A DNA stretch of 64,000 nucleotides from an uncultured Eubacteriales bacterium (GTDB lineage: Bacteria; Acidobacteriota; Aminicenantia; Aminicenantales; Aminicenantaceae): the NCBI GenBank assembly GCA_964445575.1, contig CAYULB010000006.1, positions 1,061 to 65,060 on the forward strand, given 5' to 3'. A program made the position numbers and the translations under genes. Position 1 is the first letter of the stretch, and each line of letters opens with the position of its first letter. Of the stretch, positions 39,482 to 48,011 are shown in pieces. Below the pieces are notes generated by a model. That model searched no databases. It saw only the letters and a list, made by a program, of their open reading frames with translations, and was not told where the DNA came from.

Positions 39482-39886
39482 ATGATCGGCGGTGTTATTG
39501 TTTCTCACGGAAAATTAGCTGAAGAGCTTCTGAATGCCCTCACCATTATTTTAGGTGAAGCTGTGAATATAGAAGCCCTTTCAATTGGCTGGTATAGCGA
39601 TGTGGAAGAGTCAAAGAAGAAAATAAATGAAAGCATAAAAAGGGTGGACCAGAAAAATGGAGTGCTTATTTTTACAGATATGTTTGGGGGGACTCCCTCT
39701 AACCTGAGTTTTAGCTTCTTAAAGGACAATCAGGTTGAGATCATAACCGGAATCAATCTGCCGATGCTCATCAAGTTTGTTTCCTTGCAGAGGAGCAATA
39801 ATTTAAAAGATGTTGCAAAAAAAGTAGTGGAACAAGGGAAGAAAAATATACATCTTGCCAGTGCTCTGCTCAAAACAAAAAGTTGA
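39482..39886 (+). CDS. PTS mannose/fructose-family EIIA component
   Basis: 'MIGGVIVSHGKLAEEL' with the phosphorylatable His10, 'TDMFGGTPSN', 134 aa. Confidence 0.8.
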   Translation: MIGGVIVSHGKLAEELLNALTIILGEAVNIEALSIGWYSDVEESKKKINESIKRVDQKNGVLIFTDMFGGTPSNLSFSFLKDNQVEIITGINLPMLIKFVSLQRSNNLKDVAKKVVEQGKKNIHLASALLKTKS

Positions 39887-39902
39887 TCATTAGCTGGGTT
39901 TC

Positions 39903-40172
39903 ATGGTTAAAAAAACAGTAGAAATAAAAAATAAATTAGGCCTGCATGCAAGAGCTGCTGTTAAATTTGTCAATTTGGCAAACAGATTTGCCTCTTCCAT
40001 AAAGATCGTCAAAGACGGCAATGAAACGGACGGGAAAAGTGTTTTGGGAATTCTGACCTTAGCAGCTGTCCAGGGCTCAGAGATCCAATTAAAGGTAGAG
40101 GGAAGAGATGAGAAAATGGCGGTCCAAGCACTACAAGATCTGATCGATGATAAATTTCATGAAAAAGAGTGA
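39903..40172 (+). CDS. ptsH: phosphocarrier protein HPr/NPr
   Basis: 'NKLGLHARAA' (His15 context) and 'DGKSVLGILTL' (Ser46 context), 89 aa. Confidence 0.85.
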   Translation: MVKKTVEIKNKLGLHARAAVKFVNLANRFASSIKIVKDGNETDGKSVLGILTLAAVQGSEIQLKVEGRDEKMAVQALQDLIDDKFHEKE

Positions 40173-40178
40173 GTTCAG

Positions 40179-41939
40179 ATGGAATATCTTAGGCTGAGAG
40201 GAATCGGGGTTTCTCCTGGTATTGCGGTGGGAGAAGTTCATCTGTCAGAAGGAGTGGTCTTTACTTCCCGAAAAAATGATATTAAGCCAGAACATGTAGA
40301 TAGAGAGCTGGATAGGTTGGAGGATGCGGTCAGCAAAACAGAGGAACAGCTGAAAAAGATAAAAGAGGAAATCGGCAAAAAAGTTGGAGCTGATCATTCT
40401 TTTATTTTTGAAGCCCATCTTTTTATTCTTAAAGACAAAAATCTTCTTTTTAGAATTAAGGAGATCATCAAAGATGAGAAAACAAATGCTGAAAGAGCTA
40501 TCTCTAAAGTGTTTGATGAGTATTCTGAAATGTTCCGGTCGATTGAGGATGAGTATTTTAAGCAGCGTGAATATGACTTAAAGGATGTCCTTTCAAAAAT
40601 TTATTTAAATCTGGAGTCGGATAAAAAATTAGAAAAAGACGATGGCAAGGAAAAAATATTAGTGGCCCATGAGCTGCTTCCTTCAGAGGCTGCTTCCAAG
40701 CTGGGACAAGGAAATGTCCTTGCTGTGGCACTGGATATAGGAGGCACCACTTCACACACCGCTATTTTAGCCCGCTCCCTGAATATTCCTGCGGTAATGG
40801 GATTAAGCGAGGTCACACGAAAGGTCAAGGATGGAGACACGTTAATTGTGGACGGCACTAATGGAGAAGTGATCATCAATCCTCCTTTAGCCACTCGGAG
40901 AGAGTTTGAAAGCAAGCAGAAAAAATACGACAGCTACATAAAAGAACTGAAAAAGACAGCCAAGCTAGAATCCAAGACCTTGGATGGTGTCAGATTCTAT
41001 CCGTTAGCTAATATTGAACTCCCTGAGGAAGTCAATCTTGCCTTTTCTATGGGAGCGGAAGGAATCGGGCTTTTCAGGACAGAATTCATTTTTTTCCAGA
41101 GAAAAAAACTTCCCTCTGAAGAAGATCACTACAAGATTTATTCTCAGCTAGCAAAAAACTCGGGAAAAAAACCCGTTTATATAAGAACGGTTGATATCGG
41201 GGGAGAAAAGAATCTCCCTCAAATGAATGTTGAAAAAGAGCCTAATCCAGCCCTGGGGCTCAGAGGACTCCGGCTTTCATTAAGGGAAAGGTATCATTTT
41301 AAAACACAGTTGAGAGCTATACTCAGGGCCAGTGCCCTAAATAAAAATGTTCGTATCATGCTTCCCATGGTTACAGGTGTTGAGGAAGTAGAGGAAGCCA
41401 AGATGATTATTGGAGAGATAAAGGAAGAATTGACCGCACAAAAGTTAAAGTATGACCCAAATATACTCCTGGGGATTATGATTGAAGTTCCTGCTGCGGC
41501 AGCTATAGCGGACAGTCTTGTCAAGGAAGTGGATTATGTGAGTATAGGAACCAATGACCTTGTTCAGTATTACCTTGCTGTGGATAGGTCAAATGAACTG
41601 GTTTCTTATTTATTTAAACCCCTCCATCCGTCCGTGTTGAGACTGTTGAAATTCGTTATAGAGAGTGCTCAAAAAGAGAAAAAAGAAGTTGCTGTGTGCG
41701 GAGAAATGGCGGCAGATCCGCTTTCTGCTTTAGCTTTGTTAGGGCTGGGATTGAGAAGTTTCAGTATGAATCCTGTGTTTATCCCCAAGATAAAAAAGGC
41801 CTTACGGTCGGTTGAATACAAGAATATACAAGAAATAGTTAAACATGCCTTAAACCTACGAACAGTCCGGGAAGTAGAAGAACATTTTCTAGAAAATGTT
41901 TTATACAAACACCCTAAAGCTCTGTTGTTAGCAGAATGA
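40179..41939 (+). CDS. ptsI: phosphoenolpyruvate-protein phosphotransferase (PTS enzyme I)
   Basis: 'GGTTSHTAILARSLNIPAV' active-site His block, 'GIGLFRTEF', 'SIGTNDLVQY', 'VCGEMAADP'. Confidence 0.92.
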   Translation: MEYLRLRGIGVSPGIAVGEVHLSEGVVFTSRKNDIKPEHVDRELDRLEDAVSKTEEQLKKIKEEIGKKVGADHSFIFEAHLFILKDKNLLFRIKEIIKDEKTNAERAISKVFDEYSEMFRSIEDEYFKQREYDLKDVLSKIYLNLESDKKLEKDDGKEKILVAHELLPSEAASKLGQGNVLAVALDIGGTTSHTAILARSLNIPAVMGLSEVTRKVKDGDTLIVDGTNGEVIINPPLATRREFESKQKKYDSYIKELKKTAKLESKTLDGVRFYPLANIELPEEVNLAFSMGAEGIGLFRTEFIFFQRKKLPSEEDHYKIYSQLAKNSGKKPVYIRTVDIGGEKNLPQMNVEKEPNPALGLRGLRLSLRERYHFKTQLRAILRASALNKNVRIMLPMVTGVEEVEEAKMIIGEIKEELTAQKLKYDPNILLGIMIEVPAAAAIADSLVKEVDYVSIGTNDLVQYYLAVDRSNELVSYLFKPLHPSVLRLLKFVIESAQKEKKEVAVCGEMAADPLSALALLGLGLRSFSMNPVFIPKIKKALRSVEYKNIQEIVKHALNLRTVREVEEHFLENVLYKHPKALLLAE

Positions 41940-41951
41940 CCTGAGTTTTAT

Positions 41952-42380
41952 TCAAACTTTTGAGTTTTTCACTCTTCCGTAGACGTCTTTAAGCCGGACA
42001 ATGTCGTTTTCGTCTGATTTTCCTATCCAGATTTCCATGATCCTTGCAGGGTGCTTTCCCACATTCCGGACTTGATGCGGGATTTTAAGGGGGATGAATA
42101 TTTCTTCATTTTTTTTAGGCTTCCACACTCTTTTGCCGACAGTTACTTCCAGACCTCTGTCAAGAGCGACCCAAAACTCGCTGCGGTGATGATGGTATTG
42201 AAGAGAAAGGGAAGCATTTGGTTTTACAGTGATGAGCTTTATACTTCCTGCCTCTTGATGAGGATAGGAACGGAATTTTCCCCAGGGTCGGTGGTCTTCG
42301 ATAATCTTTTTTCTGAATTCTCTTTCTTTTTCTGAAAGGGTCTTTTTGCTTGCAGAGGTGGTTCTCTTTTTAGTCATCAT
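41952..42380 (-). CDS. cupin-domain protein (mannose-6-phosphate isomerase type II C-terminal-like)
   Basis: 'RPWGKF', 'SLSLQYHHHRSEFW' and 'DIVRLKDVYGR' match the PMI type II cupin pattern. Basic N-terminal tail. Confidence 0.7.
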   Translation of the reverse strand: MMTKKRTTSASKKTLSEKEREFRKKIIEDHRPWGKFRSYPHQEAGSIKLITVKPNASLSLQYHHHRSEFWVALDRGLEVTVGKRVWKPKKNEEIFIPLKIPHQVRNVGKHPARIMEIWIGKSDENDIVRLKDVYGRVKNSKV

Positions 42381-42417
42381 TATCAGTCATAAAATGCTCT
42401 GTTTGGAGTTAATGGGT

Positions 42418-42873
42418 TTAAAAGGGGACGTCCTCGTCTTCACTGTCTGTGTCTGGCATGTTCTGGTCTGAAGGAAAGTCGGACTCATCCTCGAGATCAG
42501 GGGGGGATTGAATGGTTTCTGTATCTCCTCTTTTTCCGAGTAGGGTGATCTGATAGGCATGGATTTTTGTGGTGTATCTTTGATTGCCTTTGCGGTCCTC
42601 CCATTTGTCTGTTCTCAGCCTTCCTTCAATAAGAACCTGTTTGCCTTTTGATAAATACTTTTCACAGAATTCTGCAGTTTTACCCCAGGATACGACCCTA
42701 TGCCATTCAGTTCGGTCTTCACTTTCTTTTGTTTGTGGATTGAAGATCCGCTCATTGGTGGCTAATGAGTAATTGGCTACGGCCCTGTTGGATTGAGGAA
42801 TATATCTGACTTCAGGATCCGCACCGAGTCTCCCTACTAAAATGACCTTGTTGTAGCTGTTTATATCTCTCAT
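42418..42873 (-). CDS. ssb: single-stranded DNA-binding protein
   Basis: OB-fold '[17 protein letters not shown]', '[11 protein letters not shown]', and an acidic tail ending 'DEDVPF'. Confidence 0.92.
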   Translation of the reverse strand: MRDINSYNKVILVGRLGADPEVRYIPQSNRAVANYSLATNERIFNPQTKESEDRTEWHRVVSWGKTAEFCEKYLSKGKQVLIEGRLRTDKWEDRKGNQRYTTKIHAYQITLLGKRGDTETIQSPPDLEDESDFPSDQNMPDTDSEDEDVPF

Positions 42874-43751
42874 TATAAAATCCTAGATCTTATTTCCTTT
42901 ATTTTTTCTTGGGCGATTCTGGTCTCTTCTTCAAGTGGAAATTTGCTGATGAGAAGCTTGAATACAGCTAAAGCCTCTTCTTCTTTTTCCATTTCCATCA
43001 GGCTGATGCCTTTTTTAAGGTAAGCTGCGGGAACTCTATCTCCTTCCGGGTAGCTTAGAATAAGGACATTGAATTTCTTTACGGCTTCTTCATGCTTTTC
43101 CTGGCTGAAATAGCATTCACCGATCCAGTAGAGTGCATTGTCGGCAAGAGGGCTTTCGGGAAAGTTTTCCAGATAGATTTCAAAACCTTCAATGGCTAAT
43201 TGAAAATTGCCTTTCAGGTAATCAGACCGGGCTAAGTTGTAGACTTCTTGAGGAGACAGATCAGGATCAAGGGGAGTCTTGGGCTTCTGTTCTTCTTCAG
43301 ATATCTCTGTTTGTTCCTCGGTTGATTCTTGTTCGGATTTACTTAGAGCTTCTTCAGAAGCTGTTTCTTCTGTATCTGAAGGGATGGTTTTTGCTGACTG
43401 TTTGATTTCAATTAAATCCTCTGAAATTTGTGAAAGGCGAGAACTCAGCGAGTCGAATCTCTCAAGTATGATTTGGTACTGAGCAGGGACCTTTTCTTGT
43501 TCTTTATTGAGGTCTGCTTGTTGGGTCCGAATGATCTTAATCAATTGGTAAATTTCATCTAACTGCTTTTTTATGGAACGGATGGATTCCTGGTTTTGCT
43601 TTATTTTTTCTTCTAGGTCATGAATCTTCTGTTTCAGTATCTGCACATCTTTGTATATGAGCTCGTAAGCTTTTTGGCTTTTTTGGATTCCTAAAAGCAG
43701 TATGGGACACAAGAAGAGAAGAATGATCCCAGAGTAAATCCTTTTGGCCAT
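42873..43751 (-). CDS. cpoB: Tol-Pal system protein CpoB/YbgF
   Basis: Signal peptide, N-terminal coiled coil, and C-terminal TPR repeats ('[12 protein letters not shown]', '[10 protein letters not shown]'). Position after pal. Confidence 0.75.
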   Translation of the reverse strand: MAKRIYSGIILLFLCPILLLGIQKSQKAYELIYKDVQILKQKIHDLEEKIKQNQESIRSIKKQLDEIYQLIKIIRTQQADLNKEQEKVPAQYQIILERFDSLSSRLSQISEDLIEIKQSAKTIPSDTEETASEEALSKSEQESTEEQTEISEEEQKPKTPLDPDLSPQEVYNLARSDYLKGNFQLAIEGFEIYLENFPESPLADNALYWIGECYFSQEKHEEAVKKFNVLILSYPEGDRVPAAYLKKGISLMEMEKEEEALAVFKLLISKFPLEEETRIAQEKIKEIRSRIL

Positions 43752-43763
43752 AGATGAAAAGGT

Positions 43764-44312
43764 CTATTTTTCTATTATAGTGAATTCATCTCTTCTATTT
43801 TTCTGCCAAGCGATTTCATTATGACCAGGATCTAAGGGCTGGCTTTTTCCATAGGAAATGATTTCTATTCTATCTGGGGAAATTCCCAAAGAAATAAGAT
43901 AGTCCCGAGCGCTCTGGGCTCTTTTTTCTCCGAGAGCAAGGTTGTATTCCTCGGTTCCGCGTTCGTCACAGTGACCTTCGATCAATATTTTTACGCTTTC
44001 CCATTTTTTCAGCCACTGGGCGTTTTTTTCAAGAATCGGCTTTGCATCTTCTCTGATGAAATATTTATCAAAATCAAAATGGATCATTTCAAGAGGCTGT
44101 TCTGAGTTGATTTCTTCCAGGGTCTTTTGTTCAAATATTTCTTCCTCTGTTAATTCTGGTTCTTTGGCTGGAGGTTTTTCTACTTTTTCAACTTTGGGCT
44201 GTTCTTGGACCTGGGGGGGAGGGGGTGGAGTTTCTTCGACTTTTTTCCTGCAGGAGGAAAAGAGTGAAAAGACCAACAGAAAAGAGACGGACAGTACAAT
44301 AAATTTTTTCAT
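43764..44312 (-). CDS. pal: peptidoglycan-associated lipoprotein Pal (OmpA family)
   Basis: Start at MKKFIVLSV (44312) with lipobox 'LFSSC', a Pro-rich linker, and an OmpA-C domain 'IEGHCDERGTEEYNLALGEKRA'. The ORF-track 5' extension is unlikely. Confidence 0.85.
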   Translation of the reverse strand: MKKFIVLSVSFLLVFSLFSSCRKKVEETPPPPPQVQEQPKVEKVEKPPAKEPELTEEEIFEQKTLEEINSEQPLEMIHFDFDKYFIREDAKPILEKNAQWLKKWESVKILIEGHCDERGTEEYNLALGEKRAQSARDYLISLGISPDRIEIISYGKSQPLDPGHNEIAWQKNRRDEFTIIEK

Positions 44313-44419
44313 GGGTACTCCTTTGAATTTAATGTTTTTGTAAGATACATTTTTTCCAGGTATGTTGTCTATGTCTATATACAATGAATATATGCTGTTG
44401 TCAAATAGTATAAGAAATT

Positions 44420-45724
44420 TTATTTTCGAGACCAGTTGGGCAGTTTGTTTTCACCATTGGAAGTAAGGCGTCTTAAATGACTTCCGTCATAATCAATAGA
44501 ATAAATTTGGATAGTTCCTGTACGGTTGGATGAAAAAATTATATGACGTCCATCAGGAGACCAGGAAGGGCTTTCATTCCGGGAATAACCCTCTGTTAGC
44601 TTTATAATGCGGTCTGTTCTGAGATTGAGGACATAAAGGTCAAATACAGCCGCGACTCTGGAAACATACACGATCCTGTCTCCTGTGGGGGCCCATGCTG
44701 GCGCGTCGTGATAATTCCCTCCAAAGCTGCGCCTGCGGACATTGGACCCTTCGGCATCCATGATGTATATTTGAGGAGAGCCCAGCCGGTCGGATGTGAA
44801 CGCGATTTCCCTATTGTTGGGGGACCAGGATGGAGCCGTATCTATGGCGTTGTTGTAAGTGAGACGCCTGATGTTTTTTCCGTTGGTGTCCGCGATATAA
44901 ATTTCTGAATTAGACTCGTCTTCAGTGGAGCAGAAGGCCATTTTTTTACCGTCGTAGGAAAAATCAGCCCCAAAGCTGGTGCCTTTGTCCATGACCAGAG
45001 TCCTTTGGCCTTCAAAAGGATTGAAAAGATAAAGAGCGGCTTTCTGTCCGTCATAAGCTGTATAGGCAATGGTTCTTCCGTCAGCAGACCAAGCTGGCAT
45101 ATAATCTCTGGATTTATTGAATGTCAAACGGGTCTGATTGTGGCCGTCGTAATCCATCATATAAAGCTCGTCATTCCCGTTGCGGTTGGAGACGAAAACG
45201 ATTTTGGTGGTAAAAATAGGGGGTTCTCCGTATAGAATCATAAACTCATTGGACACCTTATGCCCCACCAAACGCAGTAGACTTGGATCCGATTGGTATT
45301 TTTTCCCTTTGATGAACCGGGAGGATTTGACATCATATGTTTTTGCTTCAAACAATAGAGAGCCGTCCTCGCTTTGAGTGACTTCTCCGCTCAGAAGGAG
45401 TTTGGCTTCAATGGATTCCCAGTTTTTAAAATTAATATCCTCTGGATTTAAGGGGTCAATATATTTGTAGTAATCTTCATGAAGAGGCTTGAACACTCTG
45501 CTGTATTCAAGGTCAGAAATGATGACTTCTCTTAAAATCGATGCTGCTGAAGTCAATTCTGAAGAATTGTTTTTTGTTATGAATTGGGGAACAGCTACAG
45601 GAATAACAGGCATGCCTTCTCTGATCCTCATCACGACTTCCTGCTGGGGGCTGGAATTGATCCCCATAGGAAATAAAACGAATAAGACTAAAAATGGAAT
45701 GGAAGCAGAAGTTATTTTTTTCAT
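44420..45724 (-). CDS. tolB: Tol-Pal system beta-propeller protein TolB
   Basis: Signal peptide, TolB N-domain, and repeated 'PxWSPDG'-type blades ('PAWSADGRTIAY', 'PSWSPNNREIAF', 'PSWSPDGRHIIF'). Confidence 0.9.
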   Translation of the reverse strand: MKKITSASIPFLVLFVLFPMGINSSPQQEVVMRIREGMPVIPVAVPQFITKNNSSELTSAASILREVIISDLEYSRVFKPLHEDYYKYIDPLNPEDINFKNWESIEAKLLLSGEVTQSEDGSLLFEAKTYDVKSSRFIKGKKYQSDPSLLRLVGHKVSNEFMILYGEPPIFTTKIVFVSNRNGNDELYMMDYDGHNQTRLTFNKSRDYMPAWSADGRTIAYTAYDGQKAALYLFNPFEGQRTLVMDKGTSFGADFSYDGKKMAFCSTEDESNSEIYIADTNGKNIRRLTYNNAIDTAPSWSPNNREIAFTSDRLGSPQIYIMDAEGSNVRRRSFGGNYHDAPAWAPTGDRIVYVSRVAAVFDLYVLNLRTDRIIKLTEGYSRNESPSWSPDGRHIIFSSNRTGTIQIYSIDYDGSHLRRLTSNGENKLPNWSRK

Positions 45725-46551
45725 TGGGTATGCTCAAATATTATGCGGAGTAAAAGGTATTCTTCTTTGTATTCTGCAGGCAAAGGAGGGAATGGAGCTG
45801 AGGAGCGCACCGCACGTATTGCTGAGAGGTCAAGAGACTTTACCCTGCTTGATTCCACTATTTCTGGTTCTGATATATGACCATCCTGGTAGATCCGGAA
45901 GGATATCGTGGTAAAATAATCCCCGCTGAGACCGGTGCTTATCCGAGAAGTGTACCAATTATTGGAAATTCTTCCGTGCAATGTCTGCAAATACCAGGTA
46001 TACGGAAAAGAGGATAAGCCTATTTGAGAAGAGTATTCTGAGCCAAAACCAACTCCTCCTCCTCCTCCTCCTCCGATTCTCAAACCAGTGCCGCTTCCTT
46101 CTGTTCCTGAATCCGATTTATCTGTCTTTGTTTGAGCTGAAGATGTTTCCGTGGATTTTTGGATCACAGTTTTTTTTGTGAGGTCGACCTTTTTTTCTTT
46201 TTTTGGCTTGTCTACAGGGTGTCTGAGGGATGATTTTTGTTCTTCTATGTTTTGAGGGACGGTGAGGTCGCTGAGGCTTTCTCTTTCTGGAAGAGAGGTT
46301 TCCTCTGTTATTTCAGTTTCTGGGGCTTCACCTGGGGATCCTCCGGGGGGTCCTCCCATCCCGCCGCTTCCTCCTCCCCCTCCTCCGGGAAAAGAGACTA
46401 CGTTCACATAATGGACCAATCCTTTTTGAGAATGAGTTGGAAAGTGGGGAGAAACAAGGACCAATATAAAGATCAAAAGATGTAGGGATGCTGATAGAAT
46501 GAGGGCCTGTCTGAATGATTTAAATTCTCTGGAGGGCAAAGATTGACTCAT
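45721..46551 (-). CDS. tolA: TolA/TonB-family energy transducer with Gly-rich linkers
   Basis: N-terminal TM anchor and a TonB_C-like C-terminus ('SGDYFTTISFRIYQDGHISEPEIVESS...APFPPLP'). Positioned between tolR and tolB. Overlaps both neighbours by 4 nt. Confidence 0.65.
   Translation of the reverse strand: MSQSLPSREFKSFRQALILSASLHLLIFILVLVSPHFPTHSQKGLVHYVNVVSFPGGGGGGSGGMGGPPGGSPGEAPETEITEETSLPERESLSDLTVPQNIEEQKSSLRHPVDKPKKEKKVDLTKKTVIQKSTETSSAQTKTDKSDSGTEGSGTGLRIGGGGGGGVGFGSEYSSQIGLSSFPYTWYLQTLHGRISNNWYTSRISTGLSGDYFTTISFRIYQDGHISEPEIVESSRVKSLDLSAIRAVRSSAPFPPLPAEYKEEYLLLRIIFEHTQ
46054..46074. repeat. (TCC)7 trinucleotide microsatellite inside tolA (encodes Gly7 on the minus strand)
   Basis: Seven perfect TCC units at 46054-46074, corresponding to 'GGGGGGG' in 'RIGGGGGGGVGF'. 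Confidence 0.9.
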
Positions 46552-46982
46552 CCGTCTTCTTTCTCCTCTAAAGGTTTAACAACCAGCCCCACTACCTGAA
46601 TGCCCGCTTTTTTAACAATATCCAGTATTCGAATAACAAATCCATAGGGGAGACTCTCGTCAGCTCTTATAAAAACGATCTTTTTTTCTTTCCCGTAAAA
46701 ATATTCTTTGAGCCGCTGCTCTAACAGAAATTGATTGATGACCTGGTCTTCTATGTGAATGAACTTATCGCTGGTAATGGTTAAGGTCAGCCCTTCTTCA
46801 GCAGGAGCAGATTCGGTTTCTGCCTGGGGAAGGTCGACTCCAATTCCTGACTGCATCATTGGAGCGGTGACCATAAATATGATCAGGAGCACCAGCATGA
46901 CGTCAACTAGAGGGGTTACGTTGATCTGGGATAGTGAGGTGCCAACCTCTTTTTTACTTATAGGCCTGTATTTAAATGCCAT
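46548..46982 (-). CDS. tolR: TolR/ExbD biopolymer transport protein
   Basis: 'INVTPLVDVMLVLLIIFMV' signature TM segment, 144 aa. Confidence 0.85.
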   Translation of the reverse strand: MAFKYRPISKKEVGTSLSQINVTPLVDVMLVLLIIFMVTAPMMQSGIGVDLPQAETESAPAEEGLTLTITSDKFIHIEDQVINQFLLEQRLKEYFYGKEKKIVFIRADESLPYGFVIRILDIVKKAGIQVVGLVVKPLEEKEDG

Positions 46983-47646
46983 AGAGTCGTTCGGTTATGG
47001 TGATAAATTCAATGGAAAAATCTTCCATATCGCTCACGGTCTCTTTGATCTTCTGCAGGAAGTGGTTGTAAGCAATCACTGCGGGAATAGCTGCAAAAAG
47101 TCCGAGAGCAGTGGCGACCAGAGCCTCTGCGATGCCCGGGGCTACTGTTACCAGACTGGCAGACTTTTTGACTCCGATACCAATAAAAGAATCCATAATG
47201 CCCCACACGGTTCCAAAAAGCCCTATGAAGGGAGTGACACTTCCTGTGGTAGCCAAAAAACTCATCATTTTTTCCAGCCGTTTGACTTCTTTGTTTGAGG
47301 CTTTAATAAAAGCTCTGTTTATGCTTTCCAGGTTTTCAGAAGTAAGAGGGGATTCTGGATTGGACTTCTTGGTATAGGCCAGCACTTTGAATCCTGATTT
47401 AAATAGAGAAGCCAGGGGACTGGCTTTATATTTTTGGGAAGCATTGTTGACTTCTGCCAGGTTTCTGCTTTTTTTAAAAACAGACATAAATTTTTCAGAT
47501 TCTTTCTCAAGGGTTTTAAAAGTCTTTCTTTTAAAGTATATGACTGCCCAGGAGAACACTGAAAAAAGCAGAAGTATTAACAAGGTTATTTTGACGACGA
47601 TGCTGGCTTCGAAGATAAGTTGGATAAAGTTCATTTTCGAGTTCAA
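46972..47646 (-). CDS. tolQ: TolQ/ExbB proton channel protein
   Basis: Three TM helices and a 'TVAPGIAEALVATALGLFAAIPAV' MotA/TolQ/ExbB block. Confidence 0.88.
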   Translation of the reverse strand: MNSKMNFIQLIFEASIVVKITLLILLLFSVFSWAVIYFKRKTFKTLEKESEKFMSVFKKSRNLAEVNNASQKYKASPLASLFKSGFKVLAYTKKSNPESPLTSENLESINRAFIKASNKEVKRLEKMMSFLATTGSVTPFIGLFGTVWGIMDSFIGIGVKKSASLVTVAPGIAEALVATALGLFAAIPAVIAYNHFLQKIKETVSDMEDFSIEFITITERLYGI

Positions 47647-47672
47647 AAAGTAGCATACACCCGAAATATTGT

Positions 47673-47930
47673 CAACCTGACCTATTCATAAAAAAATGGC
47701 GATGTTTTCATTATTAATTTATTTCCAGCGATTTACAAGTATTTATTAAGAACAATACCTTGAACATTTTTTCTGATTGCATTTTTATTTTAATCGCCAT
47801 TTTTCTACCTTACAGGCGAGCCGATCTCGCGGCATCTGCTTCGTTACAGGGCATTCGCAGTGAAGGACCACACCTTCATGCCCTGGCGCCTCGCATCTGC
47901 CGCAACCTCGACTCGTGAATAAACCATCTT
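47673..47930. mobile_element. MITE-like repeat element copy A (long variant, carries a GC-rich insert)
   Basis: The 29 nt AACCTGACCTATTCATAAAAAAATGGCGA at 47674-47702 are identical to 49387-49415. The inverted inner arm ATCGCCATTTTT is at 47793-47804. The outer arm remnant TGAATAAACCA is at 47916-47926. The AT-rich core resembles the reverse complement of copy B's core. Confidence 0.5.
47806..47915. other. GC-rich structured segment (candidate small RNA, leader or nested insert) upstream of trkH
   Basis: Visibly GC-rich against an AT-rich background. Hairpin GCGAG-CCGAT-CTCGC (47816-47830). Bipartite hairpin CAGGGCA/TGCCCTG (47847-53 / 47879-85) enclosing TGAAGG/CCTTCA (47861-66 / 47873-78). 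The direct repeat GCATCTGC (47832-39 and 47893-900) flanks it. Confidence 0.3.
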
Positions 47931-47932
47931 TC

Positions 47933-47950
47933 ACCTGGTTTATTCATCAA
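47933..47950. repeat. additional partial repeat arm abutting copy A
   Basis: ACCTGGTTTATTCAT resembles the AACCTGGATTATTCA arm. TGGTTTATTCA (47936-47946) is the exact reverse complement of TGAATAAACCA (47916-47926), which gives an 11-bp hairpin. Confidence 0.5.
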
Positions 47951-47966
47951 AGCTCCCACAGGGTGA

Positions 47967-47995
47967 TTGACAAATAAAAAGAGAAATAATAGATT
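47967..47995 (+). promoter_or_regulatory. possible trkH promoter (TTGACA-N17-TAGATT)
   Basis: A perfect -35 hexamer at 47967-47972 and a 4/6 -10 hexamer at 47990-47995. It would leave only a very short leader before ATG 48012. Confidence 0.3.
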
Positions 47996-48011
47996 AATAT
48001 TCCGAAATCAG

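Noticed and set aside
46759-47298. 179-aa plus-strand ORF spanning tolR/tolQ
   Set aside because: It is antisense to two strongly supported Tol genes and crosses their junction, so it is a shadow ORF.
47806-47915. c-di-AMP (ydaO/kimA-type) riboswitch upstream of the K+ uptake genes
   Set aside because: The context is tempting, because such riboswitches precede ktr/kdp/kimA genes in some bacteria. But I could not find the conserved G-rich/'GGGGA...CCCGA'-type cores or the pseudo-two-fold architecture as I remember them. Only a weak 'CAACCUCG' resemblance exists. I kept the segment as an unassigned structured element.
47806-47915. tRNA or tmRNA-like gene in the GC-rich segment
   Set aside because: There is no acceptor-stem/T-loop (GTTCGAATC-like) pattern on either strand, and no cloverleaf can be drawn.
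47967-48011. TTG-initiated 5' extension of trkH from the ORF track
   Set aside because: The extension (MTNKKRNNRLIFRNQ) overlaps a perfect TTGACA hexamer and has no RBS. ATG 48012 is the more plausible start, though it is not certain.
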